From positions 41,045 to 105,044 of the IMG/VR virus record IMGVR_UViG_3300020468_000003: a stretch of 64,000 nucleotides of DNA. One strand, given 5' to 3'. The stretch comes from a virus. Position numbers and translations under genes: made by a program. How positions within the stretch are numbered: the first letter of the stretch is position 1; each line of letters starts with the position of its first letter. Shown here piece after piece: positions 1 through 10,542 of this stretch. The notes beneath the pieces are model-generated. The model saw nothing but the letters and a program-made list of their open reading frames with translations. It had not been told where the DNA came from and ran no database searches.

Positions 1-3000
1 CGGTTATCTTATTGTTGCTCCATTGTAAAGTACAATTTGTAAATTCTGAAACAGAAGATGCTATAGAAGTTACTGTTGCACCTTCTACTTTAGAAATGAT
101 TGCACTTGCACCACCACCATTAGTCCCTTCATTATCAAAATTAATTACATCGTCTACTTTATAGTTAATTCCAGCATTTCTAATATCCACACCTGTAATA
201 GATCCTTTAGTAGTAGATTCGATTTCTGATTCTTGACTAAAGAAACTTTGAGATTCAATAATAAAATCATTTCTAGATCCAGTTATACCTAACTGATGTG
301 GGAAAGTATTTCTAACTAACTCTGATGAATTTAAATCAAAACTTTGATCTTTATCATCTAATTGATTTAATGATCTAAATCTCTTACCTACAAAGTAAGG
401 GAATTTTGGAGTAAATAAACCATCAGTTGATATACCTGCAAAATATGCATAAGTTCCATTTGGATATTCTGGAGTTTTACAGAATCTTGTATTATGAATA
501 TCTAAATCTCCAGTAGCATCATATCTGTAATCTTCAATGAAGAATCCATTTGCAAATCCGCTTGGACGATCTACAATAATAGATGGATCTAATTTATAAC
601 CTACTTGTAATGGTCTTACACCCGATGTAGGATCAAGAGGATCGCTATAACCAAAAGGGCCGTAGATTGGATGTCCATCATAAGCATATCCAATGATTGG
701 AGAGTGTGTTGTTCCTGTATCATTAAATTCTCCAGATGCTATTTCATTTGAATAAGATAGATTAACATATTCCAATCCTTTCTTAAGAGTAGGATACAAA
801 TATTCAGATCCATGTCTTTGAGCATCATTTATAATTAGAGATCTAACACTACTGGATAATATTGCATTTTTACCTGCTGATGTAACACTAATACTAGTTT
901 TTGCTTGTGTATAATTTGTTCCTTCAGATATAACAACTACTTCTATAAGTTGACCATCTCTTATAATAGGACGAACTACTGCACCACTACCATCTCCAAC
1001 TACTATTGCTTCAGGAACAGAGAAATATTCAGATCCTCTAGATCTAACATCAACTCTAATAAGTTTACCACCAACTACAACAGGATATAATGATGCACCT
1101 TTACCATTTTTAATACTAACACTAGGAGATCTCTCAAAGTTTAATGTTGTGCTTCCATATCCAGTTCCAGTTTCATAAAGATAAGCATCTATAATATTAC
1201 CTCTAACATAAGGTGTTGCTGTGATAACCCCTGTACCTGCTGCACCGAACGAAACGTTAATGTTTAACTTTATGTCTGGATACTTGAATTGGTGGAACCC
1301 AGACCCAACAGAGTCTAATTTAATGTATAACTTACTATCATAATTATCTCTAATAGTTCCAGCAACACCTGCATCAGCAACTCTAAACTGATCTTTACTT
1401 TTCTCAAAGATATAATATTGATTAGTAGTAACTAATCCAGATATAACAGTTCCTGAATTTTGATATTCTACTAAATCACCTTCTTGGAATCCATGATTTT
1501 TAAAATTAACAAGATGATCTATAGTAGATATGCCAACTGGTTTAACACTTAGCTCTCTATTTTGATAATTAGAACCTCCTTCTATAACTCTAATTGATTT
1601 TAAAGTCTTCTTACCATTAAAAGTCCTAAATCTATGAATACCAGAATTAGAAGTAGTAGTAAACCCAACAGTATTAATACCAGTTTTGAAATCAGTTTCG
1701 GAGAAATATAATCTAATTGTTTTTGAGTTTACAAATTCTGCGATATATTTTGTATTCTCTATTAAAAATCTATTCTGATCTGCATTAGAAGCAGCAAATG
1801 TTCCTATCCCTAATGCAGGATTACCATTTGTTCGGTATACAACTTCTTCTCCATCTGCAAAATTATGTTCTCCTAAAAATGTAATAGTTTCTGCAGTCTC
1901 TCCTATACCACCACCAAATGTTAATAATCTAGCATCAAAACTAGCACTTAAGAATGATTGCTCAACAACTGGTTCTAAAGCAACACCATTACCAGGACCT
2001 CCACCAGTTATACTAACAGAAATAACTTTATCTAATTCTTTTGTTTGAGGATCTACTAAAATTTTATCAACAGATCCACTAAGAACTGGTCTTACAAGTG
2101 CTGTTGTTCCTGATCCAGTATTTGCAACCTCCATAGTTGGTGGATTTATAACATCATAACCAGTTCCTGAGTTTACTACGTTTACAGATGTTAAAGGACC
2201 TGAATATATTTTATCTTGAGATTTGTAATTCTTAATCTCAACACCATTTATCATCATACCCACAGTTTCTGTGGTAGTATCTAATCCATCATTCTCTCTA
2301 GGTATTAACGGAAACTTTCTAAGAAGTTTTTGTGGTTCAATTTGTTTTTGATGAACAGATCTTAAAGTAAAAGTATGTTTTCCTCCAACTCCTACAATTA
2401 AAGGATCAAATTCAAGATTTAAATCTCCTTGGATAAAAGAGTTTGATGAATAAAGTTTAATTTTATTTTTATCGTTTAATACTCTAACGTAATATGATTT
2501 ACCTGTATCTAATCCTGTGATTGCTACATTTTCTGGTTCATAAACAACTTCATCGCCAGTTAAAAATGGAACGTCAGTAGGGAAATTGATAATAGAATAT
2601 GCCAATTCTCCTGTATCTGCTTGTAGAGCATTAGTTTCCGTGTTTCCTGCACCAATAAAGGTTATAGCAGTTCCAACCACTATAGATGGTGTTGAAGGTA
2701 CAGTGTCTTGTCTAAATGTATAAGATGGAAGAGAGTTAGATGCAACATACAAAAACTCTTCACCATAAAATCCAAAATCAAGATCTTCGCTATAAACGTT
2801 CTGTACGTCCGCAAATAAGTCTGAATATTGTAGAGGTACAAATTTACTTGTAGTCTTCTTTGGTACTCTTCTAATCGAATGTGGGATGCTTGCATCAGTG
2901 CTAAATCCAGTATAATCTAGTGTTACTTGCTTATCATTAAAATCAATAGCAGTAACTTTAGCATTTGTTAATTTTACCTCTTTAGTGCTATCGTTTATAA

Positions 3001-4447
3001 TATCAACGCGATCATTTATTTTTAAACTTGCTTTATCAATTGTAGACTTTAAAGTAAACTGTTTTGTACCTGTATCAATATTAGAACATTCATAACTGGA
3101 ACTAGTATTGTATATGAAAGAATTAGCAAATCTTTCCTTATCAGTTCTATCTGCTGCTGATACTGGATTATTAATTACATCTCCTAATTCTTTAACTGTT
3201 ATTTTTTCATTAACTAATGCAAGACCTGCATCTTTTGCAAGATTTATATTTGATACTATTGCTGCTACTCTTAAGTTAACTGGTTTAGTGAAATCTCCAT
3301 TTTCGTAACCAAATATAATTTTGTCAGATCTAATATCAGCAGCTGCTGTAATATCATTATCAATACCAGAACAATTTAAAAATTGGTTTATTGTTTTATC
3401 AGTATATGTTATAGTGTTAATACCACTAAGAACAGTTCCAGTTGCATCAAACCCAACAGTAGAATCAACTGTAATTACTGAAGATCCAGCTGAAACATTA
3501 GTTATAGATTTTGTATTAGGAGTTACTTCAAAATCCCCTTCAATGAGATCTTTATTACTATATCCAATAAACAGTGCTAACTTATAATATGTCTTATTAT
3601 TTCTAGTTAATATTTCAATTTCAGATACTGCTGCTTTTGTTCTAGGATTACTTTTACTATAAATTGTTTGTCCTACTAATTTATTAACATCTCCTGATAG
3701 TTTTTCTACTAAAACTATTTCTCTTCTAATATATTCTGCATCAGAGGGTTTTAATAGAAACTGTTCTAAGTCAATAACAGAAGGTGAAACACCAAATAAA
3801 ACTTTGTAGAGTATTCTAAATGATTCTTCTGTACCTTTTGATTGATAAAAAGTTCTTGCTTCTTTAATAAAATTACCAGCATCCAATTCAGGTACGAAAC
3901 CTACATCTTCTAAACCAGGTGTATATGAATATTTTATCTTTTTATAAAATTCTTTTAAAAATAAAGAACTTAAATTCTGTACTGGAGATTCATTAGTATG
4001 ATCTGCACTAACCGATGTATCAAATACAAGTTCTTCTGAATCACTAAGACTATGGTAGGATGTTATTCCACTAAAACCACGTACACAACCTGTAAAAGTA
4101 TTTGTAGTTAAACCAGTATATGTAATTATTTCATCATCAATCTTAAGAAGACCATATTCATTAGGAAATCCTCTTGTACTTTCAACAGTAATAGTACTAT
4201 CTGTTGAAACAGAATCTGAAGTAAGAGAAGTAACACCTACAATAACTTGTGGTGTTAATTGGTCAAGACTTAAATACTGGTCAAGATTATCAACCAGGTC
4301 AATAGGACCTCCTTGATACTCCTGTGAACGGTAGTATTGCTGAAAGAATTCTACTGTCTTAGGACTTTGATCTAAAATATATTCAGGTAATTGTCCTTCT
4401 ATCAGTTGGTGAACCTTTACTCTCGATTCGATACCAGTTTGTATCAT
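1..4447 (-). CDS. gp7: Baseplate wedge initiator gp7-like large structural protein (runs off left edge)
   Basis: ATG at 4447 gives MIQTGIESRVKVHQLIEGQLPEYILDQSPKTVEFFQQYYRSQEYQGGPIDLVDNLDQY..., the typical cyanomyovirus gp7 N-terminus, directly after gp6. It is absent from the ORF track, presumably because there is no stop in the window; I did not translate all 4.4 kb. Confidence 0.8.
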   Translation of the reverse strand, partial: MIQTGIESRVKVHQLIEGQLPEYILDQSPKTVEFFQQYYRSQEYQGGPIDLVDNLDQYLSLDQLTPQVIVGVTSLTSDSVSTDSTITVESTRGFPNEYGLLKIDDEIITYTGLTTNTFTGCVRGFSGITSYHSLSDSEELVFDTSVSADHTNESPVQNLSSLFLKEFYKKIKYSYTPGLEDVGFVPELDAGNFIKEARTFYQSKGTEESFRILYKVLFGVSPSVIDLEQFLLKPSDAEYIRREIVLVEKLSGDVNKLVGQTIYSKSNPRTKAAVSEIEILTRNNKTYYKLALFIGYSNKDLIEGDFEVTPNTKSITNVSAGSSVITVDSTVGFDATGTVLSGINTITYTDKTINQFLNCSGIDNDITAAADIRSDKIIFGYENGDFTKPVNLRVAAIVSNINLAKDAGLALVNEKITVKELGDVINNPVSAADRTDKERFANSFIYNTSSSYECSNIDTGTKQFTLKSTIDKASLKINDRVDIINDSTKEVKLTNAKVTAIDFNDKQVTLDYTGFSTDASIPHSIRRVPKKTTSKFVPLQYSDLFADVQNVYSEDLDFGFYGEEFLYVASNSLPSYTFRQDTVPSTPSIVVGTAITFIGAGNTETNALQADTGELAYSIINFPTDVPFLTGDEVVYEPENVAITGLDTGKSYYVRVLNDKNKIKLYSSNSFIQGDLNLEFDPLIVGVGGKHTFTLRSVHQKQIEPQKLLRKFPLIPRENDGLDTTTETVGMMINGVEIKNYKSQDKIYSGPLTSVNVVNSGTGYDVINPPTMEVANTGSGTTALVRPVLSGSVDKILVDPQTKELDKVISVSITGGGPGNGVALEPVVEQSFLSASFDARLLTFGGGIGETAETITFLGEHNFADGEEVVYRTNGNPALGIGTFAASNADQNRFLIENTKYIAEFVNSKTIRLYFSETDFKTGINTVGFTTTSNSGIHRFRTFNGKKTLKSIRVIEGGSNYQNRELSVKPVGISTIDHLVNFKNHGFQEGDLVEYQNSGTVISGLVTTNQYYIFEKSKDQFRVADAGVAGTIRDNYDSKLYIKLDSVGSGFHQFKYPDIKLNINVSFGAAGTGVITATPYVRGNIIDAYLYETGTGYGSTTLNFERSPSVSIKNGKGASLYPVVVGGKLIRVDVRSRGSEYFSVPEAIVVGDGSGAVVRPIIRDGQLIEVVVISEGTNYTQAKTSISVTSAGKNAILSSSVRSLIINDAQRHGSEYLYPTLKKGLEYVNLSYSNEIASGEFNDTGTTHSPIIGYAYDGHPIYGPFGYSDPLDPTSGVRPLQVGYKLDPSIIVDRPSGFANGFFIEDYRYDATGDLDIHNTRFCKTPEYPNGTYAYFAGISTDGLFTPKFPYFVGKRFRSLNQLDDKDQSFDLNSSELVRNTFPHQLGITGSRNDFIIESQSFFSQESEIESTTKGSITGVDIRNAGINYKVDDVINFDNEGTNGGGASAIISKVEGATVTSIASSVSEFTNCTLQWSNNKIT

Positions 4448-4450
4448 ATT

Positions 4451-6349
4451 TTATCCTCTTTTTAGCTCTCCGTTGCTATAACTAGATGTTACCTTAAATC
4501 CTACACCTGAAATCTTCTCTCCTGAAGATATAGTGTCCTTAATCATATTTATCGTACTTTTTGAAACATCAAACTCAAGGTATAAATCCTTCAATCCAAC
4601 TACATCATTAGATTCTGGGAATGCTTGAACTTCAATTATATCATCTGCTAAAACAGTACTGGTTATTAAAGTTGTAGTTAGAATTACTTCTCCTTTTATA
4701 TAATCTACAATACCTGCAGATTTAATAACAACTCTATTTTCTCCAGTTTCTTCAATTGGTTTAACTATTGAAAGAACACCAGTTCTTCCATCTGTATTAG
4801 GAATATCTGTTAAGTAAACTATATCAGGTTCATTGATAATTCTAAATCCAGTACTTTTTATATTGAAACCACCACTATTTACATGGAATCTGTTTCCGAA
4901 GCATAATTCATACTGTGCTTCTTGATTTACAAGTGCTCTTAGATTTCTTCTAATCCTTACTCTTGTAATATTAGAAGTTATAGAACGATCTACATCATCA
5001 ATTACATTTAAAATCTTACTATATTTAAATCTTCCACCAAATTTACTTAAATCCACAGAATTTGAGTATGATTGAAGAGAATTTGAAACGTTTGTCTTCA
5101 AATTATCAACGTTTGTAATCTGAGATGAGTTGAAATAGACTGAAGAATCAACTTCAACATAAAGAATTTTAATATCAACAAGTTTTTGGTTAATTCCTGT
5201 TAATGCATAACTCTTTAATTTACTCAAAATAAAGTCTTTATCAAAATCTGACACAAAATCGCCATTTTTTGGTTTAATACTAATCCTAACAGTACCAAAT
5301 TCAGGTGGTTCTAACTCTTCCCCACCAACAACTGATATAGATTCAGTGTTTGGGTAGATATTTTGTATGATTGCCTCATAATCTCTTGCTGTAACTGCTC
5401 TAAATTGAGCAGCATATAATCTTGGAGCAAAATATTTAACTGATTCTATGGGTTCTATGTCTGTTCCACTAGTACTTTTAGTAACTGTAGTTAATTGTGC
5501 TGATGTTACTGTAACAGGATTGTTCAAACTGTTTATAAATGTACCTGCAAATGAGAAATTAGCAGCTCCATTACCCAATTCTCCATCTGTAACGATGTAG
5601 GTTACTGTAATTTCTGTCCCATTTTCTAATTTTTTACCAAAAATACCATCTCCAAAGAGTAATTCGTACTTCTCATCCTGTACTTCTTGTATTAAATATA
5701 TTTCCGAATCAGATCCAACACCAATAATATTATCAACAAGTGAATATTCTCTTCCAGTACCTGATTCTCCTACACCTTTTACCTTAACAACAATGGTTTG
5801 TATGTCTATAAATGGGTTATCAAGTAAAAAACGTTGATCTAAACTACCATCAACTGTAAATTTCTTCTTTAAAAGTGCTCCTTGATATATTAAAACTGGA
5901 TCTTCGAGTGTACCAAAACTTGCTTTACCATCTACTACTGCTGTGGTAATAGGTTCTGGTATAGAAAATATGTAAGAACTATCATCTGTAGCACCCACAC
6001 ATACTGGTCCTCTTGCTTCAAGGGTAAGTGTTGCTAAACTTGCTGAACATTCTACATCCAATCTTATACTTGCTCTTGAACAAGTTCTAGAACGAGGTAC
6101 ATATCCTATTCCTCTTGCCAAAGATACGACATTTTCCCTCAAAGTTGCAGAATCTAAGAAAGATTCATTAACAACCATGTTTGCATTGAAGGAGTTAATG
6201 TAAGTATTGTATGCTAAAGTATTTAAAAGAACCGAAAAGTTAGATCCCTCAAAATCAAAATCAGTAAAAGTAGAATTTGCTCTCAAATAATCTTTTAACT
6301 GTGTCTTGATTTGATCAAAATCTAAGTTTGTAAATTTAGTAAAAGGCAT
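4451..6349 (-). CDS. gp6: Baseplate wedge subunit gp6
   Basis: N-terminus LDFDQIK..L..YL...FTDFDFEGS..LL..LAYNT...N.E.FLDSA.LR and RAVTARDY motif of T4 gp6; adjacent to gp25. Confidence 0.95.
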   Translation of the reverse strand: MPFTKFTNLDFDQIKTQLKDYLRANSTFTDFDFEGSNFSVLLNTLAYNTYINSFNANMVVNESFLDSATLRENVVSLARGIGYVPRSRTCSRASIRLDVECSASLATLTLEARGPVCVGATDDSSYIFSIPEPITTAVVDGKASFGTLEDPVLIYQGALLKKKFTVDGSLDQRFLLDNPFIDIQTIVVKVKGVGESGTGREYSLVDNIIGVGSDSEIYLIQEVQDEKYELLFGDGIFGKKLENGTEITVTYIVTDGELGNGAANFSFAGTFINSLNNPVTVTSAQLTTVTKSTSGTDIEPIESVKYFAPRLYAAQFRAVTARDYEAIIQNIYPNTESISVVGGEELEPPEFGTVRISIKPKNGDFVSDFDKDFILSKLKSYALTGINQKLVDIKILYVEVDSSVYFNSSQITNVDNLKTNVSNSLQSYSNSVDLSKFGGRFKYSKILNVIDDVDRSITSNITRVRIRRNLRALVNQEAQYELCFGNRFHVNSGGFNIKSTGFRIINEPDIVYLTDIPNTDGRTGVLSIVKPIEETGENRVVIKSAGIVDYIKGEVILTTTLITSTVLADDIIEVQAFPESNDVVGLKDLYLEFDVSKSTINMIKDTISSGEKISGVGFKVTSSYSNGELKRG

Positions 6350-6350
6350 A

Positions 6351-6752
6351 TTATCTTGTTGCTTCTAATAGGAACGTATAATCTTGTGTTGGTGCAGATT
6401 CTCCAATCAAACTGAAGTTTACATTTACTTCAAATTGATTATCATCTGGATTCGCATCCACTTTAACTACTAAGTTAGAGACTCTTGGTTCAAAGTTTAG
6501 TATTGCTTCTGTAATTTCACGTTCAATTACTGATGCTGTAGCAAAATCAACAAAGTCGAACAATGATCTACGGACATTTGATCCGAAGAGACTATCAAAA
6601 AATCTTTCTCCACGAATAGTTTGAACGATATTGCTTACAGACTTACGAATACACGCAGTATCTCTCAATACAGGTATATCTTTTGTAACAGGATGTGGTT
6701 CAAAAGATAGACTTATATCTCTAAATTCTCGTGATCTTAATTGGGATGCCAT
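6351..6752 (-). CDS. gp25: Baseplate wedge subunit gp25
   Basis: T..GERFF...FGS and I..FEPRV motifs of gp25/GPW family; synteny with gp6. Confidence 0.93.
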   Translation of the reverse strand: MASQLRSREFRDISLSFEPHPVTKDIPVLRDTACIRKSVSNIVQTIRGERFFDSLFGSNVRRSLFDFVDFATASVIEREITEAILNFEPRVSNLVVKVDANPDDNQFEVNVNFSLIGESAPTQDYTFLLEATR

Positions 6753-6773
6753 TTATACAATACTTCTTCATTG

Positions 6774-6780
6774 TATTTAG
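6774..6780 (-). promoter_or_regulatory. T4-type late promoter (CTAAATA) upstream of gp25
   Basis: Minus-strand CTAAATA ~22 nt before the gp25 start; variant of gp55-dependent TATAAATA. Confidence 0.6.
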
Positions 6781-6788
6781 CATGTTTT

Positions 6789-7304
6789 TTACAATAAGTT
6801 ACAAGGATAGTGTTTATTGGGTTGTTCCCACCAAAAATGGAGGTCAAATTGGTCGCTATCGTACTGTAAAGACGTTAAATTGCACTTAAAACGACTATGT
6901 TGGCTCTCACAAAGTGCTACAGCATACAAATCAGCACCTGATGCCCTTGTCATTACGTTACATAACTCCATCAAATTATTTCCTTGCACTACACCAGACT
7001 GAACTAATACAAACTTATCCCATCTTCTCTGCCACTTCATAAAATTCTGTGTAAATTCAGTTAAATACTCAGTTTTGTCTTCATCTGGGTATGGAACGTT
7101 AACTGATTCAATATTAAATATCTCTTCATCCACTGTTAGACTATGAGAAATTATTTGTGTCGCAATTCCTGAGTAATCAGGAGCAACACACAGGAAACAA
7201 GTGTTTTTTGGATGAATTGGCATCTTTGCCATCTTCATTTTATACACTAATTCCTGTATTAATGCCCTTTCTTTATCTTCTGATATAAAAAGTAGTTTTT
7301 TCAC
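6789..7304 (-). CDS. Hypothetical protein, possibly degenerate phosphoribosyltransferase-like fold
   Basis: 171-aa ORF; FVLVQSGVVQGNNL loosely resembles a PRPP-binding loop. Confidence 0.55.
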   Translation of the reverse strand: MKKLLFISEDKERALIQELVYKMKMAKMPIHPKNTCFLCVAPDYSGIATQIISHSLTVDEEIFNIESVNVPYPDEDKTEYLTEFTQNFMKWQRRWDKFVLVQSGVVQGNNLMELCNVMTRASGADLYAVALCESQHSRFKCNLTSLQYDSDQFDLHFWWEQPNKHYPCNLL

Positions 7305-8104
7305 CCTAATTCTGGATAATCTGTGTAATTTATACCATCAATTTGGGGACCTCCGTAGTTTATGCCATCAATTGATGGATCTGCAGTCACATAAAACTCA
7401 GATGCAGTGTTTCCGACACCTACTTCACCTACTAGATCCCAACCTGATGGATCATTATTCCTTTCTTTTGCTGTTTTCCAGTAATAATTGTCCTCAGAAC
7501 CCAATCCATCTCTATCATGACCATTTTCAACCTGATAATACACCGTTGAGACCTTAAAATCGGGCACTTTTGGTGTTTCTGGGGTTAAACTGTTATCATA
7601 TATCCTCATTCTGTTGTTAGGATAGAGTGCAAACTGCCCATTATCCAGTTCTAAGAGGTTAAAAGACTTATGTTCAGCAGGTTGTTCGCTAGTTGAGTAA
7701 TCAATTGCGTCTACATCCTGATGATAGTTGTCTAAAGTACAAATATATGTACCACTTTGCGTTCCGAAGTCTCTTGTATAGATTTCATAGTGCATTGAAC
7801 CCACAAATTGCTTCTGAGTTGCCACTACACCATAGTCCATACAGTTCCAAAACTGTAAATTATGCAATGTCATGTCTGGAGTTGGTGTTTCTGGGTCTGA
7901 AACAAACGCAGAAATCGGCAACTTATCAAACATCGCAGCATATTCGGGTAAATACGTCTCAAAATAAAAGGCACGACCAGGAATACTCTTAGCCGATACC
8001 CATACTCCTTTAACAAACTCACCATGACCACTCTTATGGTCGGTTAAGTATTCCTTTCTTACCCACACTTCATAAGAAGGTAAATTACAAATAAGTGCTG
8101 GCAT
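7301..8104 (-). CDS. Conserved marine phage hypothetical protein
   Basis: 267-aa ORF (NLP..EVWVRKEYL, EHKS.NLLELDNGQFALYPNNR), ATGA overlap with next gene. Confidence 0.8.
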   Translation of the reverse strand: MPALICNLPSYEVWVRKEYLTDHKSGHGEFVKGVWVSAKSIPGRAFYFETYLPEYAAMFDKLPISAFVSDPETPTPDMTLHNLQFWNCMDYGVVATQKQFVGSMHYEIYTRDFGTQSGTYICTLDNYHQDVDAIDYSTSEQPAEHKSFNLLELDNGQFALYPNNRMRIYDNSLTPETPKVPDFKVSTVYYQVENGHDRDGLGSEDNYYWKTAKERNNDPSGWDLVGEVGVGNTASEFYVTADPSIDGINYGGPQIDGINYTDYPELG

Positions 8105-8109
8105 CTAAG

Positions 8110-8232
8110 TTATCTCCCCTGTCCTCTGTATCTCTTACGAGCCGAGTTACGCGATGTGGGGGCATATTTTGAATGCTTACCTCTTCCTTGTCGAGACTTT
8201 TTAGGTTTTCTGTCTCCTTCTTTCATTGCCAT
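8110..8232 (-). CDS. Small highly basic protein (40 aa)
   Basis: Hand translation MAMKEGDRKPKKSRQGRGKHSKYAPTSRNSARKRYRGQGR; fills the gap between neighbours. Confidence 0.75.
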   Translation of the reverse strand: MAMKEGDRKPKKSRQGRGKHSKYAPTSRNSARKRYRGQGR

Positions 8233-8235
8233 AGT

Positions 8236-8394
8236 TTATTTTCGTATTGTTTCGAGTGATTCAGGTCGAGGGGTTCCCTCGCTGTAAAATTTCTGAGAAA
8301 GATCCATCATAGTATCGAAGTATTCTTCCTCAGTTAAGTTTTGGTAGACGAGTTCCCCGTCCACCTTAATATCAAATAACTCTAGTCTTTTCAT
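8236..8394 (-). CDS. Small hypothetical protein (52 aa)
   Basis: Hand translation MKRLELFDIKVDGELVYQNLTEEEYFDTMMDLSQKFYSEGTPRPESLETIRK. Confidence 0.7.
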   Translation of the reverse strand: MKRLELFDIKVDGELVYQNLTEEEYFDTMMDLSQKFYSEGTPRPESLETIRK

Positions 8395-9271
8395 GTCCTA
8401 CACGGATACGAGGGTCGCACCAGATTTCAAAACCTGCTTCCTTTGCATCAAGACAGAAAGATACGTCCTCTCCGCACATATCCTGCACTTCTCCAGATTC
8501 AAAGACCTGCATCTTAGGTGCGAACCATGGATAAGGCATTTCTGGATGCTCAAATACTCCATGTTTAATCAGCAACCATCCGAAACCTGTATAGTCTACT
8601 GTAAAAGGTTTGCGTCTTTTCTGTATTGTTTCAAGAGTTTCATGATTCATAACTCCACCATTAGATCGGAAATCATCCTCCTCTAACCAGTGTGCAACTG
8701 AAGTAGTTTGACCATCTTCAGTACAATACCAACCACCAACAATTGATCTTTCCTTACTCGGATCAACCTTAAGGTTCTGTCCAATAACCTGACTTGCTGC
8801 TTTACCATCAGCATCTAATACAGCATTACCATCTTTATCAAGTATATCCTGTACTACATCTTCCTTGGTAATTGCTTCTTCTGGTGTTGCCATCAGAACA
8901 AGTTGATAAAACTTCTCTGAGTTGAATACTATATCACTATCAATCCATAACTGATAATCATACTTTAACTTACCATCCCAAGGTATCTGATCAGGACCAC
9001 GAAGAACGTTTGCTCCTAAACATTTACATCTTGCAAAGTTCACCATTGAACTATAGTCTTGAGAAATCTGAATACTTGCTCCTGCTTGTACTAGATCAAA
9101 ACATAGTTGAACGAATGACTTTAAAAAGATATAACTTACACCTCTACCAGGTAAACAGAATACTACTGTTTTTCCTTTTATTAATTGTCTTGCTAAAGCA
9201 TAATCCCATTCTTCCTTTTTTGGTTTGGACTTGACGGGGGTTTTTGCTTTAACTGTAAATCCTTTAGCCAT
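8372..9271 (-). CDS. GT-A fold glycosyltransferase-like protein
   Basis: WIDSDI (DxD), GFGWLLIK..VFE, GEDVSFC and GHEK motifs. Confidence 0.75.
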   Translation of the reverse strand: MAKGFTVKAKTPVKSKPKKEEWDYALARQLIKGKTVVFCLPGRGVSYIFLKSFVQLCFDLVQAGASIQISQDYSSMVNFARCKCLGANVLRGPDQIPWDGKLKYDYQLWIDSDIVFNSEKFYQLVLMATPEEAITKEDVVQDILDKDGNAVLDADGKAASQVIGQNLKVDPSKERSIVGGWYCTEDGQTTSVAHWLEEDDFRSNGGVMNHETLETIQKRRKPFTVDYTGFGWLLIKHGVFEHPEMPYPWFAPKMQVFESGEVQDMCGEDVSFCLDAKEAGFEIWCDPRIRVGHEKTRVI

Positions 9272-9293
9272 AATGTGTTGTAATTACATTCAT

Positions 9294-9322
9294 ATCATAC
9301 ACTATTATATAGTGGTTGTCAA
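9294..9322 (-). promoter_or_regulatory. Sigma70-type promoter
   Basis: Minus strand TTGACA-N17-TATGAT upstream of the glycosyltransferase. Confidence 0.7.
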
Positions 9323-9541
9323 TTAGTATGAATGATCATCAAGAGAGGGGTTTTCCACCTCTATTTTTTGTGCAGGTAACTTAGTATATGATAGGTCTTC
9401 TTCTTTATATGATGTATGCATTAGACCAACCATTGCTTTAAGTGTAGTCCAAGTAACTTTGAAATCTTCTTCTTTTACCGAATGTAATATACAATCCTTA
9501 CCTGCGTAAAAATGATATATGGTATCAGTTTCTTTAATCAT
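9323..9541 (-). CDS. Hypothetical protein
   Basis: 72-aa ORF in tight operon arrangement. Confidence 0.65.
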   Translation of the reverse strand: MIKETDTIYHFYAGKDCILHSVKEEDFKVTWTTLKAMVGLMHTSYKEEDLSYTKLPAQKIEVENPSLDDHSY

Positions 9542-9770
9542 CTTCTTTTTCTTTTAAGATTAATTCGTTATCTGAGGATATGTCTAATTGTAGCATAGTT
9601 CCCTCATACCATCCCATATCGTTAACCATCCACTCAGGCAGATCAATCATGAAGTTCCCAGTTATGGGATCGACCTCTACAGGCGAAAAATTTTCTGCGG
9701 GATTTTTTTGCATATCATGAAAAATCGTATTGGATTTCGTATGGGTTTTGACTTTATGTATAACGTTCAA
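9534..9770 (-). CDS. AbrB/MazE-like swapped-hairpin DNA-binding protein (true start possibly internal)
   Basis: G.F.IDLPE.MV.DMGW.EGT.L.L....NELIL pattern. Confidence 0.6.
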   Translation of the reverse strand: MNVIHKVKTHTKSNTIFHDMQKNPAENFSPVEVDPITGNFMIDLPEWMVNDMGWYEGTMLQLDISSDNELILKEKEDD

Positions 9771-9855
9771 TATTTACCTCTCGAATCGGGTCGTTTATAG
9801 CTTATCGGTACCTACCCGTTTTATATACGGGGTCGGCATACTGCAACTGCACTAA

Positions 9856-10041
9856 CTAATAATAATTAGTGCTCTGCGGTTGTCCTGATACTGGGCATGG
9901 GGGTAATGGTTCGCCTGTGTAATATGGGTTCCAATAGTTTGCCAGTTCAGCAGTGGGGAGGTGTGGTTGGATGCTTACATATGTCCCAGTGTTGGAATAT
10001 GTAACCCACCTGCGATCTCTGGATTTGAGATCGCTTGCCAT
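9856..10041 (-). CDS. Early hypothetical protein (start reassigned to MASDL)
   Basis: ORF track 9856..10098; ATG at 10041 avoids overlap with the upstream gene. Confidence 0.55.
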   Translation of the reverse strand: MASDLKSRDRRWVTYSNTGTYVSIQPHLPTAELANYWNPYYTGEPLPPCPVSGQPQSTNYY

Positions 10042-10049
10042 AATTAATC

Positions 10050-10472
10050 TCATACTGCGAACCTCTTCTTTCCATGGTAGAAGTTGTATTCTCTGCACAT
10101 GGTTCTAACCTGTAGATCTGTATCCCATTCTGTATCCTCTGGAAATAGGTTGTCTAACGTTCTGATTCTGCTGATCTTCTGCCAGACTGAAGAGGTGCTA
10201 TGCTTAGTGTTTGGAAACTCAGAAAAGAATACTGCTCTTGCTGATTCCATGTCCGCATGGTTCAGTAGGTACGCATTTAATAGGCACTCTGTCTCAGCAT
10301 CTGTATAAGGTGTCTTTTTCTTAGATGCTGTTCTTTTAGCGTCCTCTAAAAGTTTTCTTCCGTGCTTGAATAGCAGTCTGTCTGCTCTCTCAAAGTTGTG
10401 TAGTCCTAAGTACTTAACCTGTTCCTTAAGTTCGTTGAATGTGTCGATTGCTAACTGGTCTGTTGAGTTCAT
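10050..10472 (-). CDS. Early protein with Myb/SANT-like helix-turn-helix segment
   Basis: KKTPYTDAETECLLNAY...FFSEFPNTKHSTSSVWQKISRIR resembles Myb/trihelix spacing. Confidence 0.55.
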   Translation of the reverse strand: MNSTDQLAIDTFNELKEQVKYLGLHNFERADRLLFKHGRKLLEDAKRTASKKKTPYTDAETECLLNAYLLNHADMESARAVFFSEFPNTKHSTSSVWQKISRIRTLDNLFPEDTEWDTDLQVRTMCREYNFYHGKKRFAV

Positions 10473-10542
10473 AATGTTTGTTTGTGTATACTACAATTAT
10501 AAAGGATAAAGGGGGTACTTGTAAACCCCCGAAAGGAAAATA

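Noticed and set aside
905-3587. Short ORFs listed in the track across the first 3.6 kb
   Set aside because: They lie within or antisense to the gp7 reading frame.
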